NCBI GenBank assembly: GCA_007375595.1
Contig: VMEP01000001.1
Location: forward strand, 255,883-319,882
Source of the DNA: Parcubacteria group bacterium LiPW_30
Lineage (GTDB): Bacteria > Patescibacteriota > Minisyncoccia > Phycocordibacterales > VMEP01
Reading direction: 5' to 3'
Length of the DNA stretch: 64,000 nt
The notes under the pieces are model-generated. The model did not search any database. It was not told where the DNA came from and saw only the letters and a program-made list of their open reading frames with translations. The position numbers and the translations under genes were made by a program. Below, piece after piece: positions 18,676 through 26,989 of this stretch. How positions within the stretch are numbered: the first letter of the stretch is position 1; each line of letters starts with the position of its first letter.

Positions 18676-18779
18676 TCTATACGTTTTAATTTAATTATAG
18701 GTGGTAGGGATTTTTTTGTCAGGTTAGTTTCCGTACGGTAAATTACTTTTTAGAGCACAGTCTTTAATTAATAGTTAGT

Positions 18780-18829
18780 TTCCATACCTCCAATCCATGT
18801 GCTATAGCACATGGATTGGAGGTATGGAA
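18780..18829. repeat. Perfect 50-bp palindrome centred on GCTATAGC
   Basis: ttccatacctccaatccatgt GCTATAGC acatggattggaggtatggaa. Confidence 0.8.
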
Positions 18830-18940
18830 TTGTCTTGAGAATTTTAGGAGGTTGCAGTATGTAGGCGTTCTTTGTTAGGATAAGCCCTACATCACACTAA
18901 AAGGTGATAGGGCTAGACCGGGTGTCCCACGGACGCCATA

Positions 18941-19033
18941 GGGCGAACAGTCTGGGTACAGACTGTTTTAGCCCTAAAACATTATTACCAAAATGTTCGG
19001 GCGAACAAATTTTAAATAAAATTTGTTTTAGCC
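18941..19033 (+). repeat. Two tandem copies of the TTCGGGCGA-hairpin-TTTTAGCC motif
   Basis: gggcgaaCAGTCTGggtaCAGACTGttttagcc then ctaaaa..ttcgggcgaaCAAATTTtaaataAAATTTGttttagcc. Confidence 0.6.
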
Positions 19034-19062
19034 ATTAAACAGTTAATTAAATTTCTAAATTT

Positions 19063-19539
19063 ATGGCTCACGAGAAAAAAGAAACTTCGCTTATTATTTT
19101 TAAACCAGATACTCTCCAAAGAGGTTTGCTTGGAGAAATGATTCATCGTTTTGAAAGAAAGGGCTTGAAGATTCGCGGACTCAAAATGATGCAATTAGAA
19201 GATGTGGTTCTTGAAGAGCATTACGCTCATATAAAAGATAAACCATTTTTTGGCGGGATAAAGGAGTATATGAAAGCAACACCAGTCGTTGTTTTTGCGG
19301 TAACAGGAATTAATGCAATCTCGGCAATTCGTACCATTATCGGACCAACAAAAGGACATGAAGCTCCAGCCGGGACAATCCGCGGAGATTTTTCTATGAG
19401 TGGTCAATCAAATATTGTTCATGCGTCAGACTCAAAAGAATCAGCAGAAGCAGAACTAAAGCGTTTCTTTAAAGAAGATGAGTTGTTTGATTATGAACGT
19501 CCTAATTTCCCTTTTATCTACGCAGACGAAGCATTCTAG
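19063..19539 (+). CDS. ndk: Nucleoside diphosphate kinase
   Basis: NDK fold motifs (FKPD..QRGL, active-site His region NIVHASDS). Confidence 0.9.
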   Translation: MAHEKKETSLIIFKPDTLQRGLLGEMIHRFERKGLKIRGLKMMQLEDVVLEEHYAHIKDKPFFGGIKEYMKATPVVVFAVTGINAISAIRTIIGPTKGHEAPAGTIRGDFSMSGQSNIVHASDSKESAEAELKRFFKEDELFDYERPNFPFIYADEAF

Positions 19540-19547
19540 TTGATTAA

Positions 19548-19832
19548 AATAATTAGATAAATCAAGTATTTTTTGAAATTAAGGTTACTCGAGAATAAAT
19601 TTCTAATTAAATTTGGCTTGTCACTTTAGAAATATTCATAATTTCTGATAAATGTCAGAAATGGTTTGTTAAATATAGATATTTTAATTTTTAGTCCATT
19701 CCAATATAAATTTCTGATTAAATGGGGCCTGCCCCGTTAGAAATAAACGCTGTTTTACTTACAGCATCAAAATAATTATATAAATCAACCTGTTTTTGAA
19801 ATTATCTTTACTCGAGAATAAATTTCTAATGG
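19548..19832 (+). repeat. Two ~60-bp direct repeats (19548-19607, 19774-19832) sharing ttactcgagaataaatttctaat
   Basis: ~85% identity read by eye. Confidence 0.5.
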
Positions 19833-19849
19833 GGTCAATATTGCAAACC

Positions 19850-20035
19850 AATTCTTCGGTGATACGATTTAAGTAGGGTTATTTGGGAGGTTATCTAGAT
19901 CAAGTCATTAGTTCCGGGAGCTTAGCTTACACTACGTCTTGGCGCAGTGTAGAGGGCACCCACGTATTACTACGCTAGTGGCTAACTTCACTAAGTAACC
20001 CTAAAGAAAGATTCCTGCAGGGCAGGATTTTTCTT
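19850..20035 (+). ncRNA. Candidate structured small RNA ending in an intrinsic terminator
   Basis: Long-range helix agggttat...gtaaccct enclosing ~120 nt with internal helices, then cctgcagggcagg plus T-run at 20005-20035. Confidence 0.25.
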
Positions 20036-20088
20036 TTTTAGAATGGGTGTTAGAATACAGAAACGATAGAACGTCTTTATTCGAACGA

Positions 20089-21462
20089 ATGGCAATTTCA
20101 AAAAAATTAAAACTTTCATTTTTTGGCGGAGCCGGTGAAGTCACTGGCTCCAATTTTCTTATTGAGGGAGAAGGTAAGAAAATATTAATTGATTGTGGGC
20201 TATATCAAGGTAGTAAAATTGGTGACCTCAGAAATCTAGACCCACTTTTGTATAATGCGGCTGAAATTGATGTTGTTTTTGTGACCCACGCTCATATTGA
20301 CCACATTGGGCGTATTCCAAAGCTTATTAAAGACGGTTTTCGTGGTGAAATTTACTCAACAATACCAACGAAAGAAATAGGAGAATTGTCTTTAATGGAT
20401 AGCCTCGGTGTTTTAGGGAAGGAAGCGAAACGAGATAATCACCCAGTTATTTATCGCGAAGAAGATGTTCTTCATGCTGTTAAGTTATGGAAAACGGTCG
20501 GCTATCACGAACCAGTAAAAGTTGGGGAAAATATCTCCGTTGTGTTTAGGGATGCCGGACACATTTTAGGTTCAGCGATGGTTGAAATTACATACAACGG
20601 AAAGAAAATTCTTTTTACCGGTGATTTGGGAAATTCTCCGGCACCACTGCTTCGTGATACAGAAAAAGTAACAGATGCTGATTATATGGTTATTGAGAGC
20701 GTTTATGGTGACCGCAACCACGAAAGCGTGGATGAACGAAAGAAAAAAACAGAGCAGGTTATTGAAGACACAATTAGTAAGGGTGGTGTTCTTATGATTC
20801 CAGCATTTTCAATAGAACGAACACAAGACCTTTTGCTTGAAATAAACAATCTTGTTGAAAACAAAAGAATTCCACCAGTTTCAATATTTTTGGATTCACC
20901 GCTTGCAATAAATGTGACAAAAATTTATCGAAATAATCAGGATTTTTTCAACAAAGAAGCGTTAGGGATTATTCATGGAGGAGATGACATTTTTAATTTT
21001 CCAGGGTTGAAACTTACCCCCACCACAGAGGAGTCTAAAAAAATTATCGACTATCCAAATCCAAAAATAATTATTGCAGGCTCCGGTATGTCAAACGGAG
21101 GGAGAATAGTGCACCACGAGCAGAATTATCTCGGAGATCCTAGAAGCACTCTGATGCTTATTGGTTATCAAGCAGTTGGTACACCAGGGAGAATGCTTCA
21201 AGAAGGAGCAAAAAGAGTTAGAATAAACGCCACAGAAGTAGAGGTTAAGGCGAAGGTTGTCAGCATTTCTGGTTACTCTGCGCATAAAGATGGTGACCAT
21301 TTGTTTAAATTTGTTAAAGGCACTGCCGATACTCTTAAAAAAGTTTTTGTAGTTCACGGAGAACCAAAAACAACAATGTTTTTTGTTCAAAGATTGCGTG
21401 ATTACTTAGGACTCAACGCAATGGCCCCACAGGCCGGTGAATCAGTCGAACTTGATTTCTGA
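20089..21462 (+). CDS. MBL-fold beta-CASP ribonuclease (RNase J-like)
   Basis: HAHIDHIG motif and beta-CASP C-terminal region; start set at ATG (MAISKK), ORF track begins at an upstream GTG. Confidence 0.75.
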   Translation: MAISKKLKLSFFGGAGEVTGSNFLIEGEGKKILIDCGLYQGSKIGDLRNLDPLLYNAAEIDVVFVTHAHIDHIGRIPKLIKDGFRGEIYSTIPTKEIGELSLMDSLGVLGKEAKRDNHPVIYREEDVLHAVKLWKTVGYHEPVKVGENISVVFRDAGHILGSAMVEITYNGKKILFTGDLGNSPAPLLRDTEKVTDADYMVIESVYGDRNHESVDERKKKTEQVIEDTISKGGVLMIPAFSIERTQDLLLEINNLVENKRIPPVSIFLDSPLAINVTKIYRNNQDFFNKEALGIIHGGDDIFNFPGLKLTPTTEESKKIIDYPNPKIIIAGSGMSNGGRIVHHEQNYLGDPRSTLMLIGYQAVGTPGRMLQEGAKRVRINATEVEVKAKVVSISGYSAHKDGDHLFKFVKGTADTLKKVFVVHGEPKTTMFFVQRLRDYLGLNAMAPQAGESVELDF

Positions 21463-21485
21463 TATAATAAAAAACATTAAAATAT

Positions 21486-22124
21486 ATGGAAGAAAACGAT
21501 AAGCATTTTCATAATAGGATAAGAATTTGTGTTTCCGGCGCCGCTGAAACGGGGCATTGTGGTATTGGGGCATTAGAAAAAGCAAAAGAGCTCGGCAAGG
21601 AAATTGCGAGACAAGGGGCAATTTTAGAGAACGGCGCTACAACTGGATTTCCATTATGGGCTGCTATTGGGGCAAAAGAAGTGAGTGGTATTGTTGTTGG
21701 TTTTTCTCCTGCCGCCAACGAAAAAGAACATCGCGAGGTTTACCGTTTACCTGTTGATTATCACGACATTATTGTTTACACCGGATTTGGTTACTCTGGG
21801 CGAGATCTTCTCTTAACCCGATCTGCAGAGGCTATTATTATAGGTTGTGGGCGTATTGGTACCGTGCACGAATTTACTATCGCTTATGAAGACGATAAGC
21901 CGATTGGGATATTACAAGGCGATTGGGATATGGATGAAGTTTTGAAAAATATTATGGATAAAAGTAATCGCGTAAATAATAAGATTATTTTTGAATCTGA
22001 TCCAAAAAGACTTGTTGAGAGAGTTATAGAAATTGTTAAAAAAGACAGAGCCACACGAGGGGAGACAACTCGTTTACCAGATACTCCTCCAAGTAACGAA
22101 GAATTACTGAAAGCAGTTCAGTAG
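21486..22124 (+). CDS. LOG/TIGR00725-like Rossmann-fold protein
   Basis: GCGRIGTVHE resembles the LOG PGGxGTxxE motif; glycine-rich N-terminal nucleotide-binding region. Confidence 0.45.
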   Translation: MEENDKHFHNRIRICVSGAAETGHCGIGALEKAKELGKEIARQGAILENGATTGFPLWAAIGAKEVSGIVVGFSPAANEKEHREVYRLPVDYHDIIVYTGFGYSGRDLLLTRSAEAIIIGCGRIGTVHEFTIAYEDDKPIGILQGDWDMDEVLKNIMDKSNRVNNKIIFESDPKRLVERVIEIVKKDRATRGETTRLPDTPPSNEELLKAVQ

Positions 22125-22139
22125 AAAACGAAGCTAAAA

Positions 22140-22172
22140 CAAAAAAACCACCATTTGGTGGTTTTTTTGTTT
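22140..22172. terminator. Bidirectional terminator between convergent genes
   Basis: aaaaaaaccaccatttggtggtttttttg. Confidence 0.7.
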
Positions 22173-22179
22173 TAGGTAT

Positions 22180-22530
22180 TTATTTTGCGAGTGCGAATTC
22201 TACGATTCTCTTGAAACTTTCTGGTTTCTTGTCCGCGATATCAGACATAACCTTTCTGTCTATTTCAATATTTTTTAATTTCAAAATGTTGATGAACTTG
22301 CTGTACGAAAGACCATGTGGACGAATTGCTGCGTTTATGCGAACTGTCCAAAGACGACGAAAATCATTTTTCTTATCTTTTCTGTGTGCAAAAGAATACT
22401 TCCCAGCATGAACCAAAGCCTCATGGGCCATGATTTCTTTAGTTGAGCGACCAAAACGAAAACCCTTTACCTTCTTAAGGACGTTACGTCGTGTCTTGCT
22501 TGCAATTGTTCCTCTTTTTACTCTTGTCAT
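22180..22530 (-). CDS. rplT: 50S ribosomal protein L20
   Basis: MTRVKRG...KKVKGFRFGRS. Confidence 0.9.
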   Translation of the reverse strand: MTRVKRGTIASKTRRNVLKKVKGFRFGRSTKEIMAHEALVHAGKYSFAHRKDKKNDFRRLWTVRINAAIRPHGLSYSKFINILKLKNIEIDRKVMSDIADKKPESFKRIVEFALAK

Positions 22531-22540
22531 ATTATTTAAA

Positions 22541-22738
22541 TTACCTCTGTTTTAATCCTGGAAGAAAACGACTCTTTTCTTTGTTGGTCATTTTAAAAGC
22601 AACACCAAGCTTTCCAGCAAGTTGTTTTTCGCGACTTTGCTTAGCATTGAAATGGTTAAAACCAGGCTTTCGGCCGATAATTTTACCGTTCTTTGTTACA
22701 CGGAGTCTTTTTGAAAATGATTTGTTTGTTTTTGTCAT
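22541..22738 (-). CDS. rpmI: 50S ribosomal protein L35
   Basis: 65-aa basic protein between infC and rplT. Confidence 0.85.
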   Translation of the reverse strand: MTKTNKSFSKRLRVTKNGKIIGRKPGFNHFNAKQSREKQLAGKLGVAFKMTNKEKSRFLPGLKQR

Positions 22739-22756
22739 TTGTTTGCTTGTTCGGAT

Positions 22757-23278
22757 CTAGTTTTTCTTGGTATCTCTTTCGAGAACAATACTATATCCTT
22801 TTGGCCCCTTTTTGAAAGGGTCCGCAATTTTGTAGTTTTCGCTAATCAAAACAAGTATGCGTTCAAGGCGACTTTTAAGGAATTTTTCCTCCATATACTT
22901 CGCGCGCCCCGCTAAATATAGGTCTGCTCTAACGCGATGGCCATCTTTAAGCCACTCTGACGCTTTTTTGGCTTTTATGCCGAGATCGTGCTCAGAAGTG
23001 CCGATTTTAACCTGAACCGTCTTGGTTTCGGTCACATGAGCGTGAGCTTTGATTTTCTTGTTTTTCTTGCTCTGCTCGTACTGAAATTTACCATAATCCA
23101 TTATTTTTGCAACCGGTGGGACTATATCTGGCGATATTTCAATTAAATCTAGGCCTTTCTCCTTGGCTTTGGCTAAGGCGTCGGCAAACGACATAACGCC
23201 TAAATTCCCGTCTTCGTTGTCAATGATACGTAATTCTGGGGCTCTTATTTGATTGTTTATGCGGAGTTTAACGGACAC
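22757..23278 (-). CDS. infC: Translation initiation factor IF-3
   Basis: RINNQIRAPELRIIDNEDGNLGVM... Confidence 0.9.
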   Translation of the reverse strand: MSVKLRINNQIRAPELRIIDNEDGNLGVMSFADALAKAKEKGLDLIEISPDIVPPVAKIMDYGKFQYEQSKKNKKIKAHAHVTETKTVQVKIGTSEHDLGIKAKKASEWLKDGHRVRADLYLAGRAKYMEEKFLKSRLERILVLISENYKIADPFKKGPKGYSIVLERDTKKN

Positions 23279-23329
23279 GTGTTTGTTTATTCAGTGAATT
23301 GTAGCCGAGAAGGGGGGAATAATCAATAT

Positions 23330-23700
23330 GTTTTTTAATGTTCGCCCTTAAAATGCGCGTATAATTTTTTGCTAAAAATTTACTATACTCGCCTCGCCAG
23401 GCTCCGTAATGCATTTTAAGGGCGAACATAGAGATATTAAATACAAAAAACTTTGCTGAATTTTCGCTCTGCTCGATTCGTCAATCTGCGCAAGGTATTT
23501 TAGGGGTGTATGCAGGAAATAAAATACTTAGAAATGCACGTATAATTTTCTGCTGAAAATTTACTATACTCGGCTCGTCAGCCTCCGTCTCTCAATTGCT
23601 TCACTTATCGCAATTGAGCATCGCACTGCGCCCGCCTGCGCGTACACGCGGGCAGGCAATGTTTTTAAATACAAAAAATTGGATTTTTGAAGAAGGAGGA
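23330..23700 (-). mobile_element. Cluster of two partial MITE-family copies, minus orientation
   Basis: 23341-23430 bounded by ttcgcccttaaaatgc / gcattttaagggcgaa inverted repeats; 23536-23690 is the reverse complement of modules seen at 54961-55105 (ctcaattgcgataagtgaagcaattgagagacggaggctgacgagccgag). Confidence 0.55.
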
Positions 23701-23715
23701 AGGTTTATTTTTACA

Positions 23716-23748
23716 AAAAAAAGAACAGGACCCGGAGGTCCTGTTTGT
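23716..23748 (-). terminator. Terminator for minus-strand gene 23757..24827
   Basis: acaggacccggaggtcctgt followed by a T-run on the minus strand. Confidence 0.6.
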
Positions 23749-23756
23749 CGCCAGTG

Positions 23757-24827
23757 TTACTTATCGGCGGGCGTGGTGGCTAGCCTCTTCAGGTTTTGTT
23801 CGGCTTCTTCCGTTTGCCGTTCTGCTTCCCGAATTGCCGCGAGGCGGGCGTATTCAGCCTTCCTTATTTCATACAGCTTAAGGAATTCCGCCGCCTTTGA
23901 GTTTACGAGACAGGCTTCTTCGACGGTAGTCGCTAGGCGAGTTTTACCGACAGGGGATTTGGTTGTGCGGAGTTCTGTTCGCAGAGAGATTTCTTTGAGC
24001 TTTGCCAAACATGGTTCATCAAGCTCTTCGAAACCCCAGAAACTGCTTCGCATACCATAAATATCCCACAGCAGGTCAATCTTGCCGATGGAGGACAGCA
24101 CTTCAAGCATCCAGAGTTTTGCCGAGTTGATGTTTTTGCGCATCTCGGCATTTTGCTTTGCTTTCTCTTCTGGACGGATATGCCACGACTTGATTTCTTC
24201 TCCCTTCCACTTGAAAACAAACGCTGCGAGTCGCAGTAGGAAATTGATGGCCTGTTGTTCGTTGTGGTTGGAGGCCTCTAGTCCAGATAGGTTGCGAACA
24301 GCCCCCCCTTCGACCGCGAAAAAGTTCATGAGGATTGGAAGGATTCGCCCTGAAACAAAGTCAGTGCCCCATGGGTCTCTGCTCCTGTGTTGCACGGAGA
24401 GGGAGTTCTCAATCTCGACCTTGAAGAAGTTCTGGGCGAGTACGTCAAACGCTTTGCGTGCCAACTTCTGGCGAAACCATGCTGGGTTTCCTGGTTGGCG
24501 ATTTCCGTACCTGTCGTAGCCGATGACATATCCTTTGCCTTCATCTGACTCAAGATGCCACTGGGAATAACCACGTTCCCAACCATCAGCAATGGCGAAG
24601 TAGGTTTCCAGGCGATCAGCATGGTCGTACTCTTGTTCGCCATGACTGAAACGCTCAAACCCCACATTGAAACCCTCGTGGAGCAGTCCGGCCAGCTGGT
24701 GCGTGGTGGTGGACTCTTGCCAGCAGGTTCGCCACTCGTTCCAATTACGGGGCGGGCGAATTTCGCGCACCATGAGGGGGTGTGGTAGAGCACTTACGGC
24801 ACTTACGAGATCTTCAATTTGCGACAT
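23757..24827 (-). CDS. Hypothetical 357-aa protein, GC-rich (~52%), coiled-coil C-terminus
   Basis: Start moved to internal Met (MSQIEDL) because the longer ORF overlaps tRNA-Ala; RBS AGAGAGG upstream. Confidence 0.5.
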   Translation of the reverse strand: MSQIEDLVSAVSALPHPLMVREIRPPRNWNEWRTCWQESTTTHQLAGLLHEGFNVGFERFSHGEQEYDHADRLETYFAIADGWERGYSQWHLESDEGKGYVIGYDRYGNRQPGNPAWFRQKLARKAFDVLAQNFFKVEIENSLSVQHRSRDPWGTDFVSGRILPILMNFFAVEGGAVRNLSGLEASNHNEQQAINFLLRLAAFVFKWKGEEIKSWHIRPEEKAKQNAEMRKNINSAKLWMLEVLSSIGKIDLLWDIYGMRSSFWGFEELDEPCLAKLKEISLRTELRTTKSPVGKTRLATTVEEACLVNSKAAEFLKLYEIRKAEYARLAAIREAERQTEEAEQNLKRLATTPADK

Positions 24828-24929
24828 TTTGTTGCCTCTCTTTCTTTCTTGGGTTATGCCCCGTACTGTGACGGGACGAGGTACTGCTATGCCAAATATA
24901 CCTCGGGGCTTGATTAAGTCAAACTGTTG

Positions 24930-25005
24930 TGGTGGACCATACCGGATTCGAACCGGTCGCCTCATCCATGCCATGGATGCGCTCTACCAAATGAGCTAAT
25001 GGCCC
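24930..25005 (-). tRNA. tRNA-Ala (anticodon GGC), CCA encoded
   Basis: Cloverleaf folded by hand: acceptor GGGCCAT/ATGGTCC, D-arm GCTC..GAGC, anticodon loop ATGGCAT, T-loop TTCGAAT. Confidence 0.8.
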
Positions 25006-25064
25006 CTAAAATATTTTACAGAAAAATATTCGGGCGACCATTTTCTTTAGAAAATGGTTTAGCC
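25006..25064 (+). promoter_or_regulatory. CTAAAA-hairpin-TTCGGGCGA-hairpin-TTTTAGCC motif, antisense orientation abutting the tRNA-Ala 5' end
   Basis: Read on minus strand the motif ends TTTTAG immediately before mature tRNA G1. Confidence 0.5.
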
Positions 25065-25097
25065 TTTAAATTTTGAAACACTATACCAAAACAAACA

Positions 25098-25135
25098 AAA
25101 ACAGCCCGACGAAAGTCGGGGCTGTTTTTGTTTCT
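25098..25135. terminator. Bidirectional terminator
   Basis: aaaaacagccccgactttcgtcgggctgtttttgtttg-type hairpin flanked by A-run and T-run. Confidence 0.6.
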
Positions 25136-25145
25136 ATTAATTAAA

Positions 25146-25305
25146 ACTATTTCTTTGAAGGAAGGATTTTGTACATTCCAGTTCCACACACTGTACATGT
25201 ACCTTTTGCTGCAGGGCGTCCAGGCTTTATTTCAGTCTGCTGAACATCCTTCATCTCACGCTTTTCCTTACACTTCACACAATACCCAATTATTTTTTCA
25301 TCCAT
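25146..25305 (-). pseudogene. Small double-CxxC zinc-ribbon protein gene (52 aa expected) disrupted by a single extra G (frameshift)
   Basis: Minus-strand translation MDEKIIGYCVKCKEKA* then +1 frame ...REMKDVQQTEIKPGRPAAKGTCTVCGTGMYKILPSKK*; intact reading is restored by deleting one g in aaggaaaagGcgtgag. Confidence 0.35.
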
Positions 25306-25451
25306 AGTTATATAGTCTAGCCTATTTTAGGGTAAATACACAAGGAGGAAGGGGAATATACCCGTTTGACCTTTCTGTGATTATCATGTAGTAGTTAGTG
25401 TTAGTAATTGTTGAATTTTCAATCAACGGGATAGAAAAGGAAAAAACGATC

Positions 25452-26861
25452 ATGCACATTTCAACTCGCGGTTTGGCTCCGGCGGTTAATTTTGCCTACA
25501 CGGTGCTCAAGGGAATTGCGCCAGATGGTGGTTTATACGTTCCGGAGAAGATTTTCCAGTTTGCCGAAGATGACATTCGTCGGCTTGCTGGACTTTCCTA
25601 TACGGAGGTTGCCAAAATTGTCATGGATCGGTTTGCTCCGGACATGGACAAAGTCGCGCTTCACGGCGCGATAGACAAGGCTTATACCCCCGACGTTTTT
25701 GCAAACGTTACCGAAAAGGATGACAATCCCATCGACATCGTCCCTGTGCGCCATCTTGGTCAAGATTTGTATCTTGCTCGGCTGAGCAATGGGCCAACTC
25801 TCGCATTCAAGGATTTGGCGTTGCAGTTGCTTGGCCACCTCTTCGAAATCGTTCTCGACGGGAAACCACTCAACGTGCTTGGGGCGACGTCGGGCGACAC
25901 GGGGTCGGCGGCTATTCATGCCATGCTCGGAAGAAAGGATATACGCGTTTTCATGCTCTCTCCGCATGGCAGGATGAGTCAATTTCAATCGGCTCAGATT
26001 TTGGGCGTCAATGACCCGATGATTCACAACATTTCGGTCAACGGTTCGTTCGACGATTGCCAAGACGTGGTGAAGGCGGTTAGCGGGGACGCTAGCTTCA
26101 GGGAGGAGTACAACATCGGCGCCGTAAACTCAATCAATTGGGCAAGGGTTGCCGCGCAGGTGGTCTACTACTTCTTTGTTTGCTCCCGCATCCGTGGTCG
26201 TGATGGTGGCCAAATTGACGTCGCCGTCCCGACAGGGAATTACGGCAACATCTATGCGGCCTGGGTTGCGAAAATGATGGGGTTGCCGATTCGTCGGCTG
26301 ATTCTCGCAACCAACGAAAACGATGTTCTGCATGAGTTTTTCACAACGGGCATTTACAGGCCCAGACTGAAGACCATCGAAACGTCGAGTCCGTCGATGG
26401 ACATCACCAAGGCGTCGAATTTCGAGCGTTACGTTTTTGACGTTTTTGGCGGCAACTCAACCAAGGTTGCAAGGCTGTGGGCGGCACTCGACAAGACGGG
26501 GCAGTTTGATTTGTCGCACAGGATGGCGAAGATTCGCGAGACAGGTATTACTTCCTGCGCAGTTCAGCAGGAACAAGTCGCCGAGACCATCAACTACGCC
26601 TTCGTGAAGTACGGCATCGTCATCGACCCCCACACGGCGGTAGCAATGCACTCGGCAATTAATACGCAGCAGTCCGGCGTGCCGATGGTCGTGATGGAGA
26701 CAGCTCAGCCCTGCAAGTTTGACCTTGCTATAAAGCAGGCGCTTGGTTTCACTGTATCGCCTCCTTCGAGCATGAAGGACCTTATGTCCACAAAGCAGTT
26801 CTTTACGCAGATGGATCCAAACGTCGAAGCGACCAAGGAATTCATTCGCGCGCGGGCATGA
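25452..26861 (+). CDS. thrC: Threonine synthase
   Basis: PLP-enzyme motifs GPTLAFKD and ATSGDTGSAA; GC ~55-60%, well above background. Confidence 0.85.
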   Translation: MHISTRGLAPAVNFAYTVLKGIAPDGGLYVPEKIFQFAEDDIRRLAGLSYTEVAKIVMDRFAPDMDKVALHGAIDKAYTPDVFANVTEKDDNPIDIVPVRHLGQDLYLARLSNGPTLAFKDLALQLLGHLFEIVLDGKPLNVLGATSGDTGSAAIHAMLGRKDIRVFMLSPHGRMSQFQSAQILGVNDPMIHNISVNGSFDDCQDVVKAVSGDASFREEYNIGAVNSINWARVAAQVVYYFFVCSRIRGRDGGQIDVAVPTGNYGNIYAAWVAKMMGLPIRRLILATNENDVLHEFFTTGIYRPRLKTIETSSPSMDITKASNFERYVFDVFGGNSTKVARLWAALDKTGQFDLSHRMAKIRETGITSCAVQQEQVAETINYAFVKYGIVIDPHTAVAMHSAINTQQSGVPMVVMETAQPCKFDLAIKQALGFTVSPPSSMKDLMSTKQFFTQMDPNVEATKEFIRARA

Positions 26862-26883
26862 GCGAATTCATTTTCGCTTTTCA

Positions 26884-26985
26884 AAACCTAGTCTTCGGGC
26901 TAGGTTTTTTGTTTGGTGAGGCGTTGATTTCATAACTAAAATTTTTGAATTAATAAAACCCGCCGGAGCGGGTTTTTTGTGACTT
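26884..26985. terminator. Two successive intrinsic terminator hairpins
   Basis: aaaacctagtcttcgggctaggttttttg and aaaacccgccggagcgggttttttg. Confidence 0.65.
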
Positions 26986-26989
26986 CTTT

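Noticed and set aside
19850-20035. Identification of the candidate RNA as SRP RNA (ffs), 6S or RNase P
   Set aside because: No domain IV GGAA/AGCAG motif, no P4 pseudoknot sequences and no 6S-type central bubble were recognisable by eye. It is left as an unclassified candidate.
23596-24793. Plus-strand ORFs 23596..24060, 24082..24519, 24555..24788 and 24667..24999, and minus ORF 24326..24793
   Set aside because: All are alternative frames of the GC-rich 23757..24827 minus-strand gene. The 24667 ORF would also overlap tRNA-Ala.
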